NCBI GenBank assembly: GCA_965216955.1
Contig: CBDCGV010000011.1
Coordinates: forward strand, 301,125 to 365,124
Direction of reading: 5' to 3'
DNA length: 64,000 nucleotides
Source of the DNA: Chitinophagales bacterium
Lineage (GTDB): Bacteria > Bacteroidota > Bacteroidia > Chitinophagales > JADIYW01
Shown here one piece after another: positions 10,190 through 20,372 of this stretch. Numbering within the stretch: the first letter of the stretch is position 1; the number at the start of each line of letters is the position of its first letter. Under the pieces are notes generated by a model that did not search any database, had not been told where the DNA came from, and saw only the letters and a program-made list of their open reading frames with translations. The position numbers and the translations under genes are program-made.

Positions 10190-10766
10190 TTAATTAGACT
10201 CTTCTACACTAAAAATACCAGTTGTTTTCCAAATTTTGTAATTAGTAAAATTTTCATTCGCCTCCATTCCCTCTCCTAATATAACCTCGTCTTCAGTTGT
10301 TATTTTAACATGCTCTTTTGTTCTTATTTTTTTATCCCTTTCAACCCAAGTTAGTGCTTCTGTTTCTAGAATTTCATTTTTGTAATTCACCACCACCACA
10401 TTACCCCTTACTTTCATTTCTTTGGTCTGTTCATTATTTACACCATAATTAGCAGTAAGTATTGTTGTATCACTCTTTCCATTAAAAAAAACGACTCTCA
10501 ATCCTTTTGGGAATTCTGTTCTAGGATTTTCACTATTCCATTTCTTTAAAAGCGTAGACCGTATTAAGGCCCTTCTTTTACCTTTTTCAGTATATAATAT
10601 TCTTGGTTCTTCTGCTATATCAAAATTAGCATCGGGCGTTACGGCAAGCTCTTCAATTTTAGCAATTTCGTTTTTGCAAGAAAGCATTGAGGAACATAGC
10701 AAACAGGACTAAGAATAAAAAAAGAGATCGCCCTTTTGACCTAAAAAATGCAAGGTAATACTCCAT
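10190..10766 (-). CDS. lptC: LPS export periplasmic protein LptC; the N-terminal anchor lies in another frame (apparent +1 frameshift near 10688-10710)
   Basis: Body has EFPKGLRV, LETEALTW, GEGMEANENF. The track ORF (start 10702) lacks a full signal. An ATG at 10766 encodes MEYYLAFFRSKGRSLFLFLVLF one base out of frame, which joins to ...MLSCKNEI. Confidence 0.8.
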
Positions 10767-10836
10767 AACAATTAGTTAGTCTATAATCTGTAAATTACGG
10801 AATATTGAAAATACCAAAATTAAATAAGGAAGTCGA

Positions 10837-11826
10837 CTATAATAATTCTTTTGCCACTAGATAATTAGCAATTTGAACAGCATTTGTCGCAGCACCTTTT
10901 CTTAAGTTATCTGCAACAACAAACATATTTAAGCTGTTTGGCCATGACTCGTCTCTTCTAATTCTTCCAACAAAAACTTCATCTTTATCATGTGCTGTTA
11001 AAGGCATTGGATATATATTATTGTCAATATCATCCATAACAACGACCCCAGAAGTCTCATTGAGTAGTTTTCTGACATCTTCAATATTGAAATCCTTTTT
11101 AAAACTAATATTGATGGCCTCAGAGTGCCCCCCAACAACAGGAACTCTTACAGCTGTAGCAGTAATTCTGATACTATCGTCATTTAATATTTTTCTTGTT
11201 TCATTTACCAATTTCATCTCTTCTTTGGTATATGCATTTTCTAAGAAAACATCACAATGAGGTAAACAGTTTTTATCAATTGGATAGGGGTATACCTTTT
11301 CTCCATCAATTCCATTTCTTTCATTTTCCATTTGTTCAACTGCCGCTTTTCCCGTGCCAGTAGTCGATTGATAAGTTGAAACAACCAGTCGTTCAATCCC
11401 ATATGCTTTATGCAAAGGTGCTAATGCTAAAACCATTTGAATGGTACTGCAATTGGGATTGGCAATAATTTTATCCTCTTTTGTTAATTCCTGAGCATTT
11501 ATTTCAGGAACAACCAACTTTTTAGTAGGATCCATTCTCCATGCAGAAGAATTGTCCACCACTGTTGTACCTACTTCGGCAAATTTAGGGGCCCACTCTA
11601 ATGAAGTTCCTCCTCCAGCAGAAAAGATGGCAATATCAGGTTTCATTTCAATTGCCTTGGGTATGGTGGTTACAGTGTAAGATTTACCATTATATGAGAT
11701 CTCCTTCCCCGCCGATCTTTCAGAAGCGACAGGAATTAATTCCGTAATTGGAAAATTTTGCTCTTTTAACACTTTAAGCATAACTCTTCCTACCATACCT
11801 GTTACACCTACTACTGCTACTTTCAT
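10837..11826 (-). CDS. asd: Aspartate-semialdehyde dehydrogenase
   Basis: VVGVTGMVG, IANPNCSTIQ (catalytic Cys), RVPVVGGHSE, DNLRKGAATNAVQIA. Confidence 0.97.
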   Translation of the reverse strand: MKVAVVGVTGMVGRVMLKVLKEQNFPITELIPVASERSAGKEISYNGKSYTVTTIPKAIEMKPDIAIFSAGGGTSLEWAPKFAEVGTTVVDNSSAWRMDPTKKLVVPEINAQELTKEDKIIANPNCSTIQMVLALAPLHKAYGIERLVVSTYQSTTGTGKAAVEQMENERNGIDGEKVYPYPIDKNCLPHCDVFLENAYTKEEMKLVNETRKILNDDSIRITATAVRVPVVGGHSEAINISFKKDFNIEDVRKLLNETSGVVVMDDIDNNIYPMPLTAHDKDEVFVGRIRRDESWPNSLNMFVVADNLRKGAATNAVQIANYLVAKELL

Positions 11827-11952
11827 TGTCTAATTGTTTTGATATAAATTAATTGTTTACAACCTTACATGGTAATTTGAAATCCACTATCTTGTAAAAC
11901 TTTGTAAAATTAATTAATAACCTGTTTATAAGGCTTGTTGATGGATCAATTA

Positions 11953-14900
11953 ATGAAAACTTTAAGCAAAAAAGCATCTTGGTATAAATTTATCACGCTT
12001 GTTTCACTATTTACTCTATTATCTATAAATAAATCTTTTAGTCAACTTACTGAAAATTTTAGCGATGGAGACTTTACAAATAATCCTGCATGGGTTGGGG
12101 AAGACGTCGACTTTGAGATCGATAATGGGGCCTTGCGCCTAAATGCTCCTTCCGTTGCAGAGGAGTCTTACTTAAGCACAAAAAATACATTAATTGGAGA
12201 AACAGAGTGGAACTTTTATTGTGAATTAGACTTTAACCCGTCAGGAAGTAACCTCACTAGAATATACCTTGTAAGCACCGATTCGATCCTCACAAATACA
12301 TTAAATGGCTATTATGTACAAATTGGAGGTTCGGATGACGAAGTTTCTTTGTACAGACAAACGGGAACTTCAAAAACTGAGATTATAGATGGATTGGATG
12401 AGAGAGTTAATATGTCTAACGTAACTGTCAGAGTTAAAGTTACAAGAGATCCAACTGGGAATTGGAATTTGTTGGGTAGACAATACTGGAGGAAGTAATT
12501 TTTTAAGTGAAGGAACTGTCAACGATAACAATCATTTGTCCAGTAATTACTTTGGGGTTTTCTGTGATTATACTGCTTCTCGATCTGATGGGTTTAAATT
12601 TGATGATTTTTACGTAGGAGACCCTATTGTAGACACTATTGCTCCCTTAATTCAAAATGTTGAATCTAATTCAGATTCTTCTATTATTATTAATTTTTCA
12701 GAAGTTGTAGATGAAACTTCTGCTACTGTTTTAACTAATTATTTAGTAAATAGCAATATTGGAAGTCCAAGTTCCATAAATTACTCAGGGAACAGTATTG
12801 AGCTTATTTTTTCTGACAATTTTGTTGAGGGAAATAACTATATGATAAACGTATCCAGTATTGCAGACCTATCAGGCAACATTATATCAATTGCAATGGA
12901 AACCTTCCTCTATTATGTTCCTAGGGCTGGTGATATTGTTGTTAATGAAATATTTGCAGATCCCAGTCCTCAGGTGCTTCTACCTGAAGCAGAGTTTATT
13001 GAATTATATAATACCAAAAGCTTTGCTATTAATTTGAAAAATTGGGAACTAAAAAGTGGGTCTTCGTCATATGGTCTATTTGAAGATTTTGAAATCCCAG
13101 CTCAAGGATACCTCGTTTTATGTGCGGACACCTATTTCCCCATATATAAAAACTTGGCTTTAGCTTACGGCATGAGCGATTGGAGGTCTATAACTGATAC
13201 AGGTGATAATATAAGCCTTTATAGTAACACTGGTGTTTTAATCGACAATATAGACTTTACCAATGCCTGGTACAACAATAATTCTAAATGTAACGGTGGT
13301 TACTCTCTAGAAAGAAAAAACACCTCTTCTGAATGTTCTGGTATAGATAATTGGGAAGCGTCGTCAAGCAATTTTGGAGGTACCCCTGGAACAAAAAACA
13401 CGCACAATACGCTTGCCTTTGAAACACTACCTCCTTTGGTAAACTCCTATGAATTAATCGGCCTTAATAGCGTGTCAATTACATTTAGCGAACCAATGGA
13501 TAGCAATGTACTTCAAATATCTAACTACACTATAGATAATGGGTCTTCTATTAATAGTATTAGCCCTTTAAATGCTGAATTAAGTGAAGTGCAATTGTTT
13601 TTTGATGTGCCTATTACTATTGACCAAACCTATCAATTAAGTATATCAAAAGTTAAAGATTGTTTGGGAAATGAAATTAAAGATTTATCAATTGTTTTGG
13701 GCACTTCATCTTACCAACCAACACTCAATGATGTTGTTTTTACAGAAGTTATGTTTGACCCTGATCCGCAAATAGGGCTCCCTAATGTTGAATATCTAGA
13801 AATATATAATAGAAGTGAACATGCTATCAATTTAGGAGACTTAAAGTTTTTTGTTAATTCAACGGAAACGAATTTCAACTATTATTATCTCTTGCCGGGG
13901 ACTTATCTAATGCTTTGCGATGATAAAGGAAGAAGAGCTTTTGATATTATTGATCCAATAATGATTTTTGATAAATTTCCTTCATTAGGTAATGAAGCAT
14001 CTATTTCAATATTCACCAATGAAGATAGTTGCTTGTTTAATGTAAAATATGAAGATAATTGGCACGCCAATGACATTAAAAAGGCGGGAGGCTATTCATT
14101 AGAAATGATCGATTTAGACTATCCTTGTTTCGAAATGGGCAATTGGACCTCCTCTGTCGATCCTTCTGGAGGAAGTCCTTCAAGAGTCAATTCTGTTAAT
14201 GGCATAAACCCAGATGAAACTCCGTTAAAATTAGCTGAAATTATTTATTTAGACGCCTTTAGAATAAAGGCCGTTTTTAATGAAAAAGTTGATGAAGAAA
14301 GTCTTAAAAATGCCACTTTTAATATAGACAATAGCATTGGACAAGCCAACATATCAGGTCTAGTAACTCCAGAAAAAAAAGAAATTCTTTTAACACTTGC
14401 CAAAGAGCTACAACCAGGAATCATTTATACCTTGACAGCAGAGAATTTGGTTAGTTGCTCAGGAATAGAGATTGATTCAAATAATACACTTCCATTTGGA
14501 GTTCCACAAAATATTGAAGTTGGGGATATTATTATCAACGAAATACTTTTTGACGCGTTAACTAATCAAAGGGATTTTATAGAATTATATAACAAAAGTG
14601 ATAAGGTCCTCTGTACTAAAGATTTGATAATTGCTGAGGCGGATCCAATAACAGATGAGCTTACTGATATTGAATACTTAGGACTAACAAATAAATTGAT
14701 TTTACCCAACGATTATGTAGTATTTACTTCTGATGATATCCTTCTTACGCAAACATACCATGTTGAATCTCCCTATAAAATACTTGAAGTAAGTGGCATG
14801 CCTTCTTACTCTTCCTCTGAGGGAAAAGCTGTATTACTAAGGGGAGATTTAGAAGTTTTGGATGAATTAACCTATTCGGATGATTGGCACTTTACTTTTT

Positions 14901-15892
14901 TAGAAAATGACCAAGGTGTTTCTTTAGAAAGAATTGATTTTAACGAACCAACCCAAGATCAGAGTAATTGGAATAGCGCTTCTGAATCTGTGGGTTATGC
15001 CACTCCTACTTATTTAAATTCCATTCAAATTACGCCGAATTTCACACTCGAACCGGGCGATATTATAATCAATGAGGTCTTGTTTAATCCAAACGTTGGA
15101 GGCTATGATTTTATCGAGCTTTATAATACTTCTAATAAATCCATTCCTCTTTCCGAACTAATTATTGCGGAGACAGAAGATGGAACCGTTACAGATTTTG
15201 TAAACCTTAGTTCTTTAGAAAACCTGACTATTGAACCCCAAGGTTACATTGTCCTAACTGAGAATTCAGAAAATATATTTGCAGAATATACTGTATTAGA
15301 CCCAAGTGCTCTAATCGAAGCAAGTATTCCTAATGCGCCTGATGAAGGTGGAACAATTGTCCTTTTAAGACAAGATGAAGTAATTATTGATGAGCTAACT
15401 TTTCTGGATGATTGGCATTTCGCTTTATTGGATGATGACGAAGGTGTTTCCTTAGAAAGGATTAGTTTTGACGGAAATACTCAAGATCAAAATAATTGGC
15501 AAAGTGCAGCTCAATCTGTTGGATTTGCAACGCCTACATCTATAAACTCCTCCACTTTAAATATAGAGATAAATGAAAATGATATAAGTGTTGAGCCTGA
15601 GGTGTTTTCCCCTGATAATGATGGTACTGACGATAAGTTAGCTATAAAATACAACTTAGACCGTGCTGGTTATGTCGCCAATATCTATATTTTTGATCTT
15701 GAAGGAAGACAAGTTCGACATCTTATTAAAAGTCAAACATTATCTCAAGAAGGCTTTTTTATTTGGGATGGATTAAATGACAACAATGAAAAAGCTAGGG
15801 TAGGCATTCATCTTGTTTATACTGAATTAATTGACCTTAATGGAGAGATTAAAAAGTTTAAAGATAAATGCGTTGTGGCGGCCAAACTGTAG
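11953..15892 (+). CDS. Large secreted lamin-tail-domain (LTD x4) / Ig-like protein with type-B T9SS (CHU_C) C-terminus; split by an apparent +1 frameshift at 12474-12476
   Basis: Signal peptide then QLTENFSDGDFTNNPAW. Four repeats of the form (G/N)D(I/V)xxxE...(E/D)(F/Y)(I/L)E(L/I)YN, with Big_5-like segments between them. C-terminal EVFSPDNDGTDD...WDG. Removing one G fuses track ORFs 11935..12498 and 12536..15892 (WNLLVDNTGGSNFLSEG). Confidence 0.85.
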
Positions 15893-15927
15893 CCGTAACT
15901 GCTTATCATCCAATAAAATTTCAGATT

Positions 15928-16608
15928 ATGAACATTAGGACACTTCAAATAAATGGCAGGCCAATGGATTGCTACTACTATAGTAATAGCCAATTAAAGA
16001 AGCCGGGAATTATTTTCTTACACGATTTAACCGGATTACAAAAAGCTAATTTTAAAGCTGCAGAGATTCTTATGGAAGAGGGATATCATGTTTTAGTTCC
16101 TGATTTGTATTCTAATATAGGGCTTCAAAAATACTGTGTGAGAATGCTATTCGATGCTGTTTCTCGAAACAATGAGGCACAAAAGAACCAACCTTTAAAT
16201 GAAGTGATGGAAGTATTAGACCATTTTAAGGCTTTTAAAGAGGTCGATGAAAACAATATTGGCATGGTTGGACAGTGCTTAACAGGTGGTTTTATTTTAC
16301 ATGCTGCCATTCGTCCGGAAGTAAAAGCACCTGTAGTATTTCACCATTCTTTTGGAAGAAAAGGCAGTGGAATGCCTAAAAAGTGCAGTAGCTTGGTAAA
16401 AAATACTATTCAGGGTCATTTTGTATATGCAGATCCTTTTTGTCCCTCGGGCAGAATAAAACAGCTTGAAATGGAACTAGGAGATAAATTGGAAAAACAC
16501 ATGTACATGTTACCACATGGAATTCCTCATTTATTCTTTAATAATGCTCAAGGCAAAAAAGCATTTAAAAGGATGGTTCATTTCTTTGAAGAAAAACTGC
16601 AGCAATAA
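15928..16608 (+). CDS. Dienelactone hydrolase family alpha/beta hydrolase
   Basis: HDLTGL, VPDLY, nucleophile elbow GQCLTGG, C-terminal PHG. ATG at 15928 is preferred to the overlapping start at 15868. Confidence 0.85.
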   Translation: MNIRTLQINGRPMDCYYYSNSQLKKPGIIFLHDLTGLQKANFKAAEILMEEGYHVLVPDLYSNIGLQKYCVRMLFDAVSRNNEAQKNQPLNEVMEVLDHFKAFKEVDENNIGMVGQCLTGGFILHAAIRPEVKAPVVFHHSFGRKGSGMPKKCSSLVKNTIQGHFVYADPFCPSGRIKQLEMELGDKLEKHMYMLPHGIPHLFFNNAQGKKAFKRMVHFFEEKLQQ

Positions 16609-16766
16609 ATATGTATACTCTAAGGTGTATTGTCCTCTCCTCTTCTAAGGTTGTACACAACCATAGAATTGAATGTTAAAAAATATTAACATATGAATAG
16701 TGTGAAATAAATCTGGTTTTTTTATGTTTATATAAGCGACTGGTAACAACGCTTTTCATACTTTCT

Positions 16767-16804
16767 TACTAAAGGCTCTTGAACAAAGGGCCTTTAGTAT
16801 TTTT
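16767..16804. terminator. Intrinsic terminator between convergent genes, probably bidirectional
   Basis: TACTAAAGGCTCTT-gaaca-AAGGGCCTTTAGTA, a 14-bp stem with one G-U pair, followed by a T-run on the plus strand. Confidence 0.8.
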
Positions 16805-16814
16805 AAGCTATTCG

Positions 16815-18248
16815 CTATTTATCTTTTTTTCCTAAATGAAGTGTAGCGCTCCAGGCAAATAACCAAACTCCTCCACTTAATTCCTTTTTAACTCTATGCC
16901 TAGGAAGGCTCAAATTGTCGATATTCAAAGCGTCTTCAATTACAGGTGTAACTTGCCCACCAAAGATCTCATAATCTTGATAATACGTCGTTGGTACATA
17001 AAACACTTTCACCATGCCTGCTTCCAAGGTTAGGACCTTGCTCACTCTAAATGCCGCACCGACCGTTAAAGTATGAGAGGGCATAAAAAAGTTGACATCA
17101 TTTTGATAAGCATCTGCTATTTCCATATCAGCATATGAATAGCCACCACTTACTTTCCATCTACTTGAAGCATCAAATTCTATTGCAATATCCCACTCTC
17201 TATAATTCCTCCTAACATTTTTTTCCCTACCGTTCCAATTAACTCTTTTATAAAAGAAATAGCGCTGCCCTGCGGCAAGTGTAACCTTTTCAATAGGCTT
17301 ATATCTTATCCCAACACTATAAAAAGCTGGCAAATCAGAACGCACCTTCTTCCCATCAACATATACTCCATCTGTTCCAGGTACAAAGGCTCCTCCTTTA
17401 TTTTTAGGCACCTTTGAAGTAAGTGTAATGGGTGTTTTAAATTCATACTTTCCAGACAAGTAAACTTTATCCTTATAATTATAATTAACCCCAACAAATG
17501 GTGTTACTCCCAAGCCTGTTTGACTAGCCTTTAAATTAACATCCACTATTCCACTAACAAGATCTGCAATGGTCTGCTGAAGTTCATTAAAATTTCCATT
17601 GTTTGCAGGCGTTAAAGAAAGTTCATTAATAGTTCCTTCTGCGTTGTTTATAAAATATACAATTCTAACCCCTACAGCTCCAGACAAATTTGGAACGACC
17701 TCATAAGTAAAGCCTAATTGAAAAGTAGGAGCATACGCAAACCCACTAAAATTAAAATTGAAATCGTAATCAATATCTTTTCGATAGAGCCCTTCTAAAA
17801 TAGCTGTTAAATCTGCTATTGGCATTTCTCCAACAGGAAGGTCTGAAAAGGCAGTACTTCCTCCTCCCCCTAAAGCAGGAGAAATAAAACCTGAAACGGC
17901 AATTTTTCTCCTTTTCCAAACGGCATATAACTCAGGAAATAAAAAGTTATCAATTTCCCAAGGAAAAGTTTTGGGAGACTCGTTTAAAAAATCATAATGC
18001 GTTACAATTTGATTTCTGACAAACTGTGATTGATTAACCAAGGAAATATGAAATCCGTCCTTTAAGCTAGTTAATCCAGCAGGATTGTAATAGGTGGCAT
18101 CTATCTCCTGACTTGACTGCCTTGCATTCATTCTAGCCCAAGAAGCACTATGTGTTGGAATAGCAAATGCATTAATTTGATAATCTAACTGCTGTGCATT
18201 GACCATAAACGGCAACAAAAGCAGTACTAAAAAATTTAGCTTTTTCAT
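16815..18248 (-). CDS. OmpP1/FadL-type outer-membrane hydrophobic-compound transporter
   Basis: Signal peptide, ARQSSQEIDATYYNPAGLTSLKDG FadL-type hatch motif, beta-barrel pattern. Start MKKLN is supported by the -7 box at 18266-18273. Confidence 0.8.
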   Translation of the reverse strand: MKKLNFLVLLLLPFMVNAQQLDYQINAFAIPTHSASWARMNARQSSQEIDATYYNPAGLTSLKDGFHISLVNQSQFVRNQIVTHYDFLNESPKTFPWEIDNFLFPELYAVWKRRKIAVSGFISPALGGGGSTAFSDLPVGEMPIADLTAILEGLYRKDIDYDFNFNFSGFAYAPTFQLGFTYEVVPNLSGAVGVRIVYFINNAEGTINELSLTPANNGNFNELQQTIADLVSGIVDVNLKASQTGLGVTPFVGVNYNYKDKVYLSGKYEFKTPITLTSKVPKNKGGAFVPGTDGVYVDGKKVRSDLPAFYSVGIRYKPIEKVTLAAGQRYFFYKRVNWNGREKNVRRNYREWDIAIEFDASSRWKVSGGYSYADMEIADAYQNDVNFFMPSHTLTVGAAFRVSKVLTLEAGMVKVFYVPTTYYQDYEIFGGQVTPVIEDALNIDNLSLPRHRVKKELSGGVWLFAWSATLHLGKKDK

Positions 18249-18397
18249 ACACAAAAGCTTTGACACAAATTTAAGTTCCTTAAATACCTTTTGTAAAAAA
18301 GTTTATTCACATTCCACACAAATAACTGTTTATAGGTATTTAAAAAATACCACAAATCAGGGATAAATATAGTTTTATAAAAATGCCTTAACAACAA

Positions 18398-19618
18398 TTA
18401 TTTACTATAAATCCATTCTGCAGGATTCAATTTAACCGCTCCCTTCCAAATTTCTAAGTGTACTTCAGTATTTCCAGTTTCTGTATTATCATAAGCAACG
18501 CCTATAAGTTGTTTGGTATCAATCTCATCGTTTGGCTTAACCAAAACTGACTTAAGCATTGTATATACCGAGAAAAACTCCCCATGATTTATGATTATTG
18601 CATTTTTATATACTGGATTGTGGAAAACGCTGATCACTTTACCCTTAAAAACAGCCCTAACAGGAGCGCTTTTTTCTGTTCGTATATCAATCCCGTTATT
18701 TTCAAATTTTACGTTTTTGAGATCCGGGTGATTATATTGTCCAAAGCGTTTAGAAACAAAACCTTTCTCTACGGGCCATGGTAACTTACCCTTATTAGCA
18801 TTAAAACTGTTAGAAAGGTTTTTGTATTCAGGGGTTTCTTTATATGCAACGGTGGAATTAGCGTTACTTTTTTTCTTCCTCGCTTCCTCTAGTTCTCTCC
18901 TTATTATTTCCTCTATTTGCTTGTTTATTTTTTTTGCTTGTTTTTGCTTTTTTCTAATATCATCAGACAAGGTTTTCTCCTTTGTTTTAAGCTCAGCAAC
19001 CATCAAATCTTTTATTCTTTTTTCTTTATCTAAGACCTGTTTTTGTACCACTTGATCATTTAAAAGAATCTCTTTCTCCCTTCTTTGTCTTTCAATTTCT
19101 TCTATTTTTCTTTCTATTGATGTCCTGGTTGCCTCTATATGTATGGCTTGTTTATTTCGATACGCACCATATTTTCTTAAATAATTTAATCTTCGAAGTG
19201 CCTCATTAAAATTCTTTGAGCTTAACACTAAGGCCAATTTGTCTTTCAATCGTTGACTTTTATATGAATTGCGAATTACGGTAGCATAATCAGATTTTAG
19301 CTTAACCATGTCTGCTTCCAAAGACTTCACAATTTCCTTATTATCACTAATCTGTGTTTGTAAAGCCTTGAGTTCCGCTCTGGTATTCCCAATCAGGCTT
19401 TCGCGCAAAGTGATTTGCTTTCTTATGGTGAATAAATCCGAAAACGAATTTTTAATTGAAGTTTTGGTTTGACTAAGCAGTTTTTCTGTAAATTTTATTT
19501 CTGCTAAAATCTTTTGACGCTTTTTTTCTAAAGTTTCTTTTTCTTGAGCACTAACACTTGTTATGCTAATAAATACTAGAAATAATGCTATTAGAAATCG
19601 ATCAATTAACTTTATCAT
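18398..19618 (-). CDS. Murein hydrolase activator EnvC family (coiled coil + M23/LytM)
   Basis: Long coiled coil; KGKLPWPV, NNGIDI, degenerate M23 motif VHLEIWKG. Confidence 0.9.
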   Translation of the reverse strand: MIKLIDRFLIALFLVFISITSVSAQEKETLEKKRQKILAEIKFTEKLLSQTKTSIKNSFSDLFTIRKQITLRESLIGNTRAELKALQTQISDNKEIVKSLEADMVKLKSDYATVIRNSYKSQRLKDKLALVLSSKNFNEALRRLNYLRKYGAYRNKQAIHIEATRTSIERKIEEIERQRREKEILLNDQVVQKQVLDKEKRIKDLMVAELKTKEKTLSDDIRKKQKQAKKINKQIEEIIRRELEEARKKKSNANSTVAYKETPEYKNLSNSFNANKGKLPWPVEKGFVSKRFGQYNHPDLKNVKFENNGIDIRTEKSAPVRAVFKGKVISVFHNPVYKNAIIINHGEFFSVYTMLKSVLVKPNDEIDTKQLIGVAYDNTETGNTEVHLEIWKGAVKLNPAEWIYSK

Positions 19619-20372
19619 ATTTACTAGACACTTCAAACGGATATTCTAAATTTTCAGCTAGTTTAATTTTCGTAAATTTTATATCCAATGATAAATTATT
19701 TTTTGAGTCGCTCACTTCTATATTTCTTTTCATTGCAAAATCTTTCTCGTTCAGCGTTTCATAATCATTATACTGAATGCTGATTTTTCTTTGATTAAAA
19801 TTGTCGTTTAATTCCATTGACATCAAAAAACCAGTTTTTCTATCAACTAATGCTTTCCCTGAATACTGCAAATCTTTTAAAATAATTTCAAACCCTTCTT
19901 TGTTTTTTTTCACACTTGTGTTTTTACCATTCATATAAAGCAATTCGCCAGTTAGTATTCGTTCTAAGTCCTCAAAAGAAATAGACATATGTGCCAATTG
20001 AGAAAGATACTCAATGTCTTTGTCATAATATTTCCTGTTAAGCCTGTCTAGCATTTTAAATTTTGAAGAATCTATTAGTAACCTATACCCTTCTATACCA
20101 AAAATGCTGAAGGATAGCCATAGTTTTTCATTTGACATCCATCTTACATTTGAATTGAAAGATCTCTTGTTACTATTCAATTCAGACTTAACCTTCAACT
20201 TGGCACTTAATTCGTTGAATTTGAGACTGTTTTCATTCAAGTAATCAACTACCTCCCTTGGTTTTATTTTCGGAATGGTCTTTTGGATTTCTTTCTTGTG
20301 CTTACATGCAGAAAAGAAGGAAGAAAGCGACAAAAAAAAGAAAAGGAAAAAAAGGTGTTGCTTAATTTTCAA
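19602..20372 (-). CDS. DUF4292 family lipoprotein
   Basis: Lipobox FSAC, FGIEGYRLLI; conserved position between the TPR and EnvC genes in Bacteroidota. Confidence 0.8.
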   Translation of the reverse strand: MKIKQHLFFLFFFLSLSSFFSACKHKKEIQKTIPKIKPREVVDYLNENSLKFNELSAKLKVKSELNSNKRSFNSNVRWMSNEKLWLSFSIFGIEGYRLLIDSSKFKMLDRLNRKYYDKDIEYLSQLAHMSISFEDLERILTGELLYMNGKNTSVKKNKEGFEIILKDLQYSGKALVDRKTGFLMSMELNDNFNQRKISIQYNDYETLNEKDFAMKRNIEVSDSKNNLSLDIKFTKIKLAENLEYPFEVSSKYDKVN

